This document shows positions 23,718-31,475 of a stretch of 38,866 nucleotides of DNA, piece by piece. Both the position numbers and the translations under genes were made by a program. A model generated the notes under the pieces. The model saw only the letters and a program-made list of their open reading frames with translations. It ran no database searches and was not told the DNA's origin. This DNA comes from a virus: the IMG/VR virus record IMGVR_UViG_3300010411_000004, positions 1 to 38,866 of that record; one strand, given 5' to 3'. How positions within the stretch are numbered: the first letter of the stretch is position 1; each line of letters opens with the position of its first letter.

Positions 23718-24084
23718 GGTTGTGCTGACAAGTGCCCTGCTGTTGGGCGGAAAAGTGGACGTGAAGGCCGTTACTGCCAAGGATCTGGCAGACTTCATCG
23801 AGGCCGAAAAGCTGGATGTGAAGGCCGAAGGGCAGAAGAAGGACGTTTTGAATGCTATTTGCGATGCGCTGGAAGCGCGCGGCGATGAGCCTCCTGAAGA
23901 GGATGATGCCGATGCCGTTACCGGTGATCCGGGAGTTCAGCAGTCGAACTATCTGAAGCGGCGGGCAAAAAAGATTGCGGCCGGACGCGGCGAGCTGGAT
24001 AAGATCGGCTCGAATCTGGAAGAGGAGTCGAAGAAAAGCTCCTACATTGCCCGGCGTTTCAAAAAAATGAATCCGAAACGGTAA
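23710..24084 (+). CDS. Hypothetical head-module protein
   Basis: ATG 23710 lies 5 nt after AAAGGAGG. The product is 124 aa, first acidic then basic. Confidence 0.6.
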   Translation: MSKVVLTSALLLGGKVDVKAVTAKDLADFIEAEKLDVKAEGQKKDVLNAICDALEARGDEPPEEDDADAVTGDPGVQQSNYLKRRAKKIAAGRGELDKIGSNLEEESKKSSYIARRFKKMNPKR

Positions 24085-24093
24085 GGAGCGCTG

Positions 24094-25095
24094 ATGCTTA
24101 AATTTATTCTTGCGATGTTTTTTCCGCTGTTGCTTGGTTCGGTTCGCTATGTTGGCGAAGACGGAGGTGGTGATGGCGGCGGTGACGGCGGAGCTGGTGG
24201 TGATGGTTCCGGTGACGGCGGCGGATCTGGGGGTGATGGTGGCGACGGTTCTGGTGGCGTGATTAATCATGGCGGTGGAGCGCATAGCCGGGAGCTGAAT
24301 CCGGACGGTGATCGCAAACCTGCCGGTGGCGACGGCGCAAAGCCGTGGTATGAGACGGCCGGGCTTCCAGCTGAATTACTGACGGACAAGGACAAGGAAT
24401 ATAAAACACTGCCTGATTTCGTGAAGGGGGCCCAGAGCGCCCGCCAGCTGGCGGCATCCAAAGGGATTCCATTGCCTCCGAAAGACGCTACGCCCGAACA
24501 GCAGGCGGCCTTCAAGGCGGAAGTGATGAAGCATTTTCCGGATCTGCCGATGGCGCCGGAAAGCGCGGACAAGTATGAAATTCCGATGTTCAAGGATTCC
24601 GGTCTGGCGGAGGGTCGGCAGAAGGCGATTAAAGAATCGTTCCATAAGGCCGGTCTGAGCAATGCGCACGCGGCGGCGGTGATGGATGTGTATTCCGAGC
24701 AGGTTGCTCAAGACATTGCTGAAATTCAGGCGCAGGTTGCCGAGCAGCGCAAGGTGACGGAAGCCGAGTTGAAGCAGGCATGGGGTGCTGAATATGCAGA
24801 CCGCAAGGCCGGGATCGACCGGATCGGCGCGCGCTATCCTGAACTGATGGAAGTCATGAAAGCGTCCGGTCTGGATGGCCGCAAGGACTTCAATGAGATG
24901 ATGGATGAAGTGGCACGCAGTGTTCGGGAGGATCATCCCGGCGGATCGGGTCGCGAAAGTGCGGAGTCGGTAGACGGGCAGATTAAGGATCTGCGCGAAA
25001 AAATCAAGAAGACGGAAAACTCGCACGAGCGCAGTAAGCTGATTGAGCAGCAGGGTGCTTTATATAAAAAGCGCGAAAAACTGCGCGGGCGATAA
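24094..25095 (+). CDS. Scaffolding protein (putative)
   Basis: RBS TAAGGAG. It lies between the portal and capsid genes. It has a Gly/Asp low-complexity tract and a long helical, charged C-terminus. The N-terminus is hydrophobic (MLKFILAMFFPLLLGSV). Confidence 0.7.
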   Translation: MLKFILAMFFPLLLGSVRYVGEDGGGDGGGDGGAGGDGSGDGGGSGGDGGDGSGGVINHGGGAHSRELNPDGDRKPAGGDGAKPWYETAGLPAELLTDKDKEYKTLPDFVKGAQSARQLAASKGIPLPPKDATPEQQAAFKAEVMKHFPDLPMAPESADKYEIPMFKDSGLAEGRQKAIKESFHKAGLSNAHAAAVMDVYSEQVAQDIAEIQAQVAEQRKVTEAELKQAWGAEYADRKAGIDRIGARYPELMEVMKASGLDGRKDFNEMMDEVARSVREDHPGGSGRESAESVDGQIKDLREKIKKTENSHERSKLIEQQGALYKKREKLRGR

Positions 25096-25109
25096 ATCCG
25101 CAACATTCT

Positions 25110-25123
25110 GGTTGCGTACATAG
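25110..25123 (+). promoter_or_regulatory. Conserved 14-mer GGTTGCGTACATAG, copy 3
   Basis: Identical to the other two copies. It lies 15 nt after the scaffold stop and upstream of the capsid gene. Confidence 0.5.
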
Positions 25124-25152
25124 GGCGAGGGAACACCTCGCCCTTCTTTTTT
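25123..25152 (+). terminator. Terminator-like hairpin, or 5' leader stem-loop, between the scaffold and capsid genes
   Basis: Stem gggcgagg, loop gaaca, stem cctcgccc, followed by ttctttttt. Confidence 0.6.
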
Positions 25153-25290
25153 GGGCAAGCCCCTCCATCCGCGTGGATCGCGGCGGGTGGCGGCGAAACC
25201 GCAAGCAAGCCCCCTCCTTCGGAGGAACACGGTGAGCGAGTTGGGAGAAATCCCGGTTTGTTGACTGAAAAATTAACTGAAGGAGTGAAA

Positions 25291-26358
25291 ATGAATATGT
25301 TTCTCAAAGTGTTTATGGGACAGGCGAGCGCATTGGCCGCTCTGCTGTCGTTTTTTCTTGCGCCGGTGATTCGCTTTGCCTCGCAGGACACGCATATGTT
25401 CGAGCAGTTCACGGATAACGTGCAGGATCTGCTGGGCGAACATCCGGCGCATTCGATTCTCGCGCACATGTGCGAAGAAGAATCCGGTGCCGGTAAAGGT
25501 AAATGGATCAACGGCATGAGCGCTGCGGACAGCGATGACGCAACGAGCAAAGTATTGACCGAAAAAGACACGCTGAAAGAATATCAGCAGTTGGCCTCTG
25601 AAAACCAGACCTGGGCGAACTTCCAGAAGACGCTGACTCCGTTCAATGACGTGAGCAAGATGGTCACCTGGTCGGCTCCGCAGCTGGTGGAGTGGGGTCA
25701 TTCGTTCGATGAAGATGAAGAGTGGCAGCATTTGGCCGATCCGAAGGGTTCGGTTGTGAATACCGGTATCCGCAAAATCTTCAAAGAGCGCGACGCGATG
25801 TTCTTGGCCGGCGTAACGGCCGCCACGGTCAGCCGCAAAGAAACCGACAATGAAACGCTGCATTCTGTTGCACTTCCGGCCTCTCAGACGCTGGATGACA
25901 TGACGTATGCGGATGTGGATGTGGACAGTCTGCCGAGCATGATCTGCGAAAAATTCGACAATGTTTGGTATGCCAAGGGCGCACCGATCTATTGCGCGAT
26001 TTCCGCCACGCTGGCACGGCACTTCCGCAAGAACAGCCGCGATCAGATTCATAGTCAGGACTTTGTTCGAAGCTATGAACACTTCATGCAGGGAACCATT
26101 CCGGACATCGACGGGGTGACCTTCGTGGTGCTTCCGCAGTCGATGATGAACTCCATCGTTGGCGAGGGTGCGGTTGATTCCTATGTGGCGTGGGTGCCGC
26201 AGGCGATCAAGCGGGTGATGTACAGCGGATTCAAGACCAGCACCTCGACGCAGGGACTGCTGCGCGATACGCAACTCGTTTATATGCGCGAAAAAGAAGA
26301 CTTCAAGCGCATCGATGATCTCGGCGTTGTGGTCGGTGACATCGTAGCGGCTCAGTAA
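25291..26358 (+). CDS. Major capsid protein (T7 gp10-like)
   Basis: RBS AAGGAG lies 6 nt before ATG 25291. The N-terminal MFLKVFMGQ parallels T7 gp10 LFLKVFGGE. The product is 355 aa and follows the scaffold gene. Confidence 0.88.
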   Translation: MNMFLKVFMGQASALAALLSFFLAPVIRFASQDTHMFEQFTDNVQDLLGEHPAHSILAHMCEEESGAGKGKWINGMSAADSDDATSKVLTEKDTLKEYQQLASENQTWANFQKTLTPFNDVSKMVTWSAPQLVEWGHSFDEDEEWQHLADPKGSVVNTGIRKIFKERDAMFLAGVTAATVSRKETDNETLHSVALPASQTLDDMTYADVDVDSLPSMICEKFDNVWYAKGAPIYCAISATLARHFRKNSRDQIHSQDFVRSYEHFMQGTIPDIDGVTFVVLPQSMMNSIVGEGAVDSYVAWVPQAIKRVMYSGFKTSTSTQGLLRDTQLVYMREKEDFKRIDDLGVVVGDIVAAQ

Positions 26359-26365
26359 GCCCAAA

Positions 26366-26395
26366 CCGCCCCGCTGGTAACGGGGCGGACTTTTT
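26366..26395 (+). terminator. Rho-independent terminator after the capsid gene
   Basis: Stem ccgccccg, loop ctggtaa, stem cggggcgg, followed by acttttt. Confidence 0.75.
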
Positions 26396-26413
26396 AACGA
26401 ACAAGGAGAAGCG

Positions 26414-26836
26414 ATGAAAAAAGCAATCATGATTCTGATGGTGGCGGTGATGGCGCTGGGTGCGCAGGCGGAGAAGTATATCAGCCGGGCCTATCAGCCG
26501 GATACGAACAATGTGGCAACGATCACGCAGGACTTCGCGGCTTCGGCTGTTCCGCTGCTGATCTATACGGAGTTGACCGGAACCACCACCAATGCGGTGG
26601 CGGTGACGTTTGCGCCGGATCTGGAAACCAACGCAACTGACTACGCAGCCAGTTACCGCATCGGTTCGTTTTCGACCGTTGGCGGCGCGGAGGCTCCGAT
26701 TGTGCTGAATACGCCTGAAAACACCAATAGCATCACGACCGGGCCGATTGTGCGCGATGATGCACTGGTGCTTACCGGTGGCGGCGGAACGGCCAGTTCG
26801 AACGTGTTGTATCGGGTGCTGTTTAAAGTGGACTGA
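26414..26836 (+). CDS. Secreted beta-rich small protein
   Basis: RBS AAGGAG. Sec signal MKKAIMILMVAVMALGAQA/EK. The gene is flanked by two terminators. Confidence 0.75.
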   Translation: MKKAIMILMVAVMALGAQAEKYISRAYQPDTNNVATITQDFAASAVPLLIYTELTGTTTNAVAVTFAPDLETNATDYAASYRIGSFSTVGGAEAPIVLNTPENTNSITTGPIVRDDALVLTGGGGTASSNVLYRVLFKVD

Positions 26837-26860
26837 GCACCCCGCGACGCATTGAACCCG

Positions 26861-26894
26861 AAAGGCGGGACGGGGAGCCGTTCCGCCTTTTTTG
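26861..26894 (+). terminator. Rho-independent terminator
   Basis: aaaggcgg...ccgccttt stem followed by a T-run. Confidence 0.75.
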
Positions 26895-26964
26895 CAGGAT
26901 GAGCCTGCACCCTTATTGGCCATACAGGAGCCGGAACTGAATCGGATAGAACAGGGAGAATAAG

Positions 26965-28215
26965 ATGCCCGTACATGAAAATTTTGTAGATTCGCTGGAA
27001 CAAGTGGCCAATTTGGCGGTTGGAAAAGTAGGCGAAAAAAAGACATTCGCTAACATCGAAACGGATACGGGCACGGTGGCCGACAAAGTGCGGCTTTTTA
27101 TCTATCAGATCATCCGGGAGGTTCAGAGTGAATTCCGGTGGGGAGAGCTGACGGCCTCGGTCGAGCTGGAAATTCCGATGGCGGAGAACGGGGATACGTA
27201 TCAGTACACTCTGCCGAGTGATTTTTTACGGCCGGCCAGCAATCGGGACCAGAGCTATGTGATTGAAAACGGCTATCTATTCACCGATGTGAGCGAAAAT
27301 TTCCCGTTGCGGTACATCCGGTATTCGGAGAATCCGGCGGAGTGGAGCGGCTTGCTGGTGAAATGTGTTTATTTCCGGCTGGCACTGGAAATATGCATGC
27401 CGCTAACGGAAAACATCCAGCGCTATAACGGTCTGCTGGAAGAGTATGAAAAGGTGGTTTTCCCGCGGGCACAGAAAGTCGGGAGTTTTGATAATGAGAA
27501 TCCGCGCACGCGCATCGCACGTGGAACCTACAGCCGGACGCGCAGCGGGCTGGTTTCAGCGGCTAAGGATGCGTTCAACCGGGTGATCGGGGTGATTGCT
27601 CCGGGGCATAACCACGACGCAGACTATAGTGCAATTAATCACAATCATGATGACAGGTATGACGCAAGGTATTCCTTAATCGACCATATACACATGGGCG
27701 TTTATGCCTTGATCGATCATCTGCACACGGGCGTTTATGCCTTGATCGACCATCTGCATGACAGCAGATATTCGCAACTGGGACATAATCACGACTTAGC
27801 GTATGCACCGCTTGAAAGCATTGGAGCTTTCACAATCTGGGCTCCGACCATTTCGCAGGGCGCTTCGACAAATATTTCAAAGACGGTGAACTACGCAAAA
27901 TACATAAAGATTGGGAATCAAGTTACTGCGAGGCTGTCCTGTACTGTTACAGGAACGGGTACAGGAGGAAATACAATTACTATATCCGGACTTCCAGCAA
28001 TGGCGTTTTATTCCTCAGAAATTGCGATTGGATCGGGGGTTATTGTTGATGCAGGGGTGTCAGATTATCCAGGCGTTGTAATTCCATCATCAGCCACATC
28101 GGTTGTAATTTATAATCAACAATCTTCTGTTCAAGCCATCGGACAAAACCCGAATTTTGCATTAGCAAATACAGATCGAATCAGCTTCACGATAATTTAT
28201 GAGGCGGCTGAATGA
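26965..28215 (+). CDS. Tail tubular protein A (T7 gp11-like adaptor) fused to an HxH-repeat fibre-like C-terminal domain
   Basis: The N-terminal 190 aa or so follow the gp11 pattern (LEQVANLAVGKVGE...REVQSEFRWGEL...YQYTLPSDFLR...LRYIRY...YFRLALEICMPL). Six HxH motifs at roughly 11-residue spacing follow (GHNHD, NHNHD, DHIH, DHLH, DHLH, GHNHD), then a beta-rich tip. Confidence 0.85.
   Translation: MPVHENFVDSLEQVANLAVGKVGEKKTFANIETDTGTVADKVRLFIYQIIREVQSEFRWGELTASVELEIPMAENGDTYQYTLPSDFLRPASNRDQSYVIENGYLFTDVSENFPLRYIRYSENPAEWSGLLVKCVYFRLALEICMPLTENIQRYNGLLEEYEKVVFPRAQKVGSFDNENPRTRIARGTYSRTRSGLVSAAKDAFNRVIGVIAPGHNHDADYSAINHNHDDRYDARYSLIDHIHMGVYALIDHLHTGVYALIDHLHDSRYSQLGHNHDLAYAPLESIGAFTIWAPTISQGASTNISKTVNYAKYIKIGNQVTARLSCTVTGTGTGGNTITISGLPAMAFYSSEIAIGSGVIVDAGVSDYPGVVIPSSATSVVIYNQQSSVQAIGQNPNFALANTDRISFTIIYEAAE
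27680..27765 (+). repeat. 33-bp tandem repeat, about 2.6 units, encoding IDH(I/L)H.GVYAL
   Basis: atcgaccatatacacatgggcgtttatgccttg / atcgatcatctgcacacgggcgtttatgccttg / atcgaccatctgcatgac... Confidence 0.85.
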
Positions 28216-30797
28216 GAGTTTTCCGGCATAATCTGAGTGGCGGTGTGCTTGGAGCGGACCTGCATTACCGGTCTGATCTGGAGCATTACCACAAGGGAAA
28301 TCTGGTGCAGGAAAATTTCCTACCGACGCCCTATGGCGGTGTGATGCGCCGTCCTCCGTCTGAAAAGTTGATGGAGCACGGACAGGTTACGGTTGAGGCG
28401 GTGGTTTATTCTCCAGAAGCGATTCGTTATTTTGACTTCATTTATGACCGGGATGCGCAGTATGTGGCGGCTCTGATCAGTTATGCGGCGGACGGGCATG
28501 ATTCATGGAGCCGGTTTGAAATTTTTGATACGGAAGGCACGCTAAAAGACACGGTGGATTGCGACTATGCAGCGCTGAACTTTCATGAACTTGCCGCCAA
28601 ACAGCTAAACGATGTGATGTATCTGTCGCACAACGGCTATCCGTTGAAGAAGCTGGTGCGTAACGGGGATGATAATTGGGGGATTGAAGATGCGGTGATG
28701 AAAGGCGGTCCGTTTCTTCCATGGAATGTGGATGAGACCACGCTATACGTCGAAAAAGAGGCATATGATGCTGGAGTGACGTATGCGGCAGGCGATGTGG
28801 TTCATTCAGGTGTAGATGATGTTTCTGTAACTGCCGCCGCTTATGTATTTTGGTATAGCGTACGCTTTGGATCAAGAGATCGTTACACCCGGTCGTTTTA
28901 CTTTCTTCGTCTAACCATTGGAGTTCATACTATTTTAGTGGGAGATGTTGTAAAAGTTTCAGGATTTTCCGGAGAAGCGTATCCAATTAATGGCATATAT
29001 TCGGTAGAGCGCATTGGTACTGGCTATATTGAAGTAAACACAGGAAGATCAACCGATAATCAAACCTATACATGGGTTAATGATTACCCACTTCCAACAT
29101 CGTTTTCAGATGAATCAGTTGGAAAAAATGGCGGGGATCAGTTTTTTGTTTCTATAAAAAATGCCAACACTGGCAATGCGCTTCCTGTGGCTCCGGCCAT
29201 TGAAACAGATTGGTGGCGCAGGACATCGAATCCCGGCGAACTAACGCTGAAATCGTCTGATGATCTATTCACCTCGGACAATATCGGGCAGAAGCTTTTT
29301 TGCGCGGTAAATATTGCGCAGACGTATGATGGGGTTTTTGATGCTGTTGGAGAAAATTCCGACCCAGTTGCGTATAGCAATGGGGCGGTTACGTTGCGCA
29401 CGGAAGGCGGTGTTTGGGGCGGGATTTTGGCCCTGCAGAAGAGTGTGGACGGCGGGGTGACATGGGAAACCATTGGTGTGATCAATGGCGGCGGCGGCAA
29501 TCACAACGGAGAGATTACGCGAGATATTGAAGAGCCGCTGGTTGTGCTGCGCGTGCTGATGCAGACGTATGAGACGGTGACAGGCGGAACAAATTGTAAG
29601 TGGCAACTGGAGTTTCCGCAAGGCACTCCGTTTATTGGAACCATCACGGCGGTAACGGATGAGCGGACGGTCACAGTGAGTCCTGAAACGGCGCTGACGA
29701 AGCTTTTCCAGACAAAGAACTGGAAGCTTGGGGCATTCAATGAGGCCAACGGTTATCCGGGCGTTGTTTGCATCCATGATGAGCGGTTGATTTTGGGTGG
29801 ATCAAAGCTCCAGCCGTTCATGGTCTGGGGCTCTGCCGTGAATGGATGGGATAATTTCGCGGATGGCGTGCTGGAAACCTCTCCGATTGCCATTCAGGCC
29901 AATGCTGACCGGGCAACGCGGCTCTGCTGGCTGGCGAGCAAAGGGGAGCTGCTGTTCGGAACGGACTTCAATGAGTATTCCGCCGGGTCGCGCGATTCAG
30001 ATACCATCATGAGCGGGGTGAATCCTCCGAAAATTCAGGTGCAGAACTCCTACAGCTCCGCACCGTTGCAGGCGCTGCTGATTGGTGAAGATGTAATTTT
30101 TGTGCAGAGCGACTATAAGACGCTGCGAAGCATGGCCTTCAGTGATGCGAAATGGGGTTATGCCGGTCAGAACATGACGATTTTCAGTCCGGACATTGCG
30201 GGCAGCGGCTTCCGCTGGCTGGCGGTGCAGAAGAGCCCGTTCCCGGTCATTTGGGCGGGCACGGAAGATGATGATCTGATTTCGTTCACCTACGACAAAG
30301 AAAGCAACATTATGGGCTGGGCGAAGCATCCGCTGGCCGGTGCGGATGTGGTGAGCGGCTGCATTATTCCAACCCTTGGAAACGACACGCTGTTTATTTG
30401 CACAAAGCGCGGAGACACGTTCCAGATGGAACGGCTTTCGTATGACAACCAGGTGTTCGCGGATGATCAGGGCGGCACGGATGAAACTCTGACTTCTTTG
30501 ATTCAGCCGACCAGTCTGGTGCAGGGGCCGAATGCGCTGGAGGATCCGCGCTATCGGATCACGAAGGTTTATCTGTACGTCAAGGATTCGCAGGGCGGGG
30601 AGGTGAGTCTGGATGAAGGCGAAAACTGGACGCCGATTGAATATGATGATGATGCGCTGTTCACCGGTAAGCGGGAGGTGTTGATTCAGTCCGGCACTAC
30701 CGAAAAGGCCCCTTTGCAAATCCGCACCTCTGGAACGAAACCCTTTAACCTGCTGGCGGTCGGGATCGATATTGACCGTCAAACCACAAAGGATTGA
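28212..30797 (+). CDS. Tail tubular protein B (T7 gp12-like nozzle)
   Basis: 861 aa, positioned after the tubular A gene with an ATGA overlap. The N-terminal LSGGVLGADL...NFLPTPYGGVMRRPPSE parallels gp12 LKGGISQQP...NGWSSETEGLQKRPP. Confidence 0.82.
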   Translation: MRVFRHNLSGGVLGADLHYRSDLEHYHKGNLVQENFLPTPYGGVMRRPPSEKLMEHGQVTVEAVVYSPEAIRYFDFIYDRDAQYVAALISYAADGHDSWSRFEIFDTEGTLKDTVDCDYAALNFHELAAKQLNDVMYLSHNGYPLKKLVRNGDDNWGIEDAVMKGGPFLPWNVDETTLYVEKEAYDAGVTYAAGDVVHSGVDDVSVTAAAYVFWYSVRFGSRDRYTRSFYFLRLTIGVHTILVGDVVKVSGFSGEAYPINGIYSVERIGTGYIEVNTGRSTDNQTYTWVNDYPLPTSFSDESVGKNGGDQFFVSIKNANTGNALPVAPAIETDWWRRTSNPGELTLKSSDDLFTSDNIGQKLFCAVNIAQTYDGVFDAVGENSDPVAYSNGAVTLRTEGGVWGGILALQKSVDGGVTWETIGVINGGGGNHNGEITRDIEEPLVVLRVLMQTYETVTGGTNCKWQLEFPQGTPFIGTITAVTDERTVTVSPETALTKLFQTKNWKLGAFNEANGYPGVVCIHDERLILGGSKLQPFMVWGSAVNGWDNFADGVLETSPIAIQANADRATRLCWLASKGELLFGTDFNEYSAGSRDSDTIMSGVNPPKIQVQNSYSSAPLQALLIGEDVIFVQSDYKTLRSMAFSDAKWGYAGQNMTIFSPDIAGSGFRWLAVQKSPFPVIWAGTEDDDLISFTYDKESNIMGWAKHPLAGADVVSGCIIPTLGNDTLFICTKRGDTFQMERLSYDNQVFADDQGGTDETLTSLIQPTSLVQGPNALEDPRYRITKVYLYVKDSQGGEVSLDEGENWTPIEYDDDALFTGKREVLIQSGTTEKAPLQIRTSGTKPFNLLAVGIDIDRQTTKD
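30367..30381. repeat. TTCCAA-CCC-TTGGAA palindrome, perfect copy
   Basis: Read directly. It lies inside CDS 28212..30797 (codons IPTLGN). Confidence 0.9.
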
Positions 30798-30798
30798 T

Positions 30799-31461
30799 AT
30801 GGGACTCTTTTCTTTATTTCTGAATCCGTTTCTCCATTTGGGTGTGTTCGTTATTGATGATGCAATCATTATCGGGCTGATGATTGCGGCGGCGGCCGCA
30901 ACGGCCGCATCGACCGCGATGAGTTATATGGCGCAGAAGGAGGCCGGTAAGCAGGCCGGATATAATGCAGAGTATAACGCCAAGCTTGAAGAGATGAAGG
31001 CCGAAGAGGAAGCGGCCCGTCGTGCGCAGCAGGAACGGCAGGAACGCAAAAAATCACGGATGCAGCGGGCCTCCATCGAAGCGGAGTTTGCAAACAGCGG
31101 TCTGCTGATGACCGGAACGCCCACTTTTCTGCTGGAAGAGCAGGCCAAGGTGGATGAACTCAACACACTGGAAGGAAACCGGATTGTTGAGACCGGCTTT
31201 ATGCGGTCGATGGAGCGGGCTTCTCTAATCCGCCAGCAGGGTCAGTTTGATAAAGAGATGGCTAACTATGGCGCCACAACGACGCTGGTAAAAGGAGCCG
31301 GATCGTTGGCGATGTCGGCGGCCTCGTTTGGGGCGGCGGGCGGATTTGGAAGCGGAGCCTCTGCCGGTGGATCCGGAGGAACGGTTGTTTCCGGCGGCGG
31401 TGGTGGAGCCGGGATTAACAATGCGTCGTTTGGCGGGAATTCTCTGTTTGCAGTGGCTTAA
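30799..31461 (+). CDS. Internal virion protein (first of three)
   Basis: ATG 30799 lies 1 nt after the previous stop. It has a hydrophobic N-terminus, a coiled-coil region and a Gly-rich C-terminus. The position corresponds to T7 gp13/14. Confidence 0.7.
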   Translation: MGLFSLFLNPFLHLGVFVIDDAIIIGLMIAAAAATAASTAMSYMAQKEAGKQAGYNAEYNAKLEEMKAEEEAARRAQQERQERKKSRMQRASIEAEFANSGLLMTGTPTFLLEEQAKVDELNTLEGNRIVETGFMRSMERASLIRQQGQFDKEMANYGATTTLVKGAGSLAMSAASFGAAGGFGSGASAGGSGGTVVSGGGGGAGINNASFGGNSLFAVA

Positions 31462-31475
31462 TTGGGGGTGAGTTT

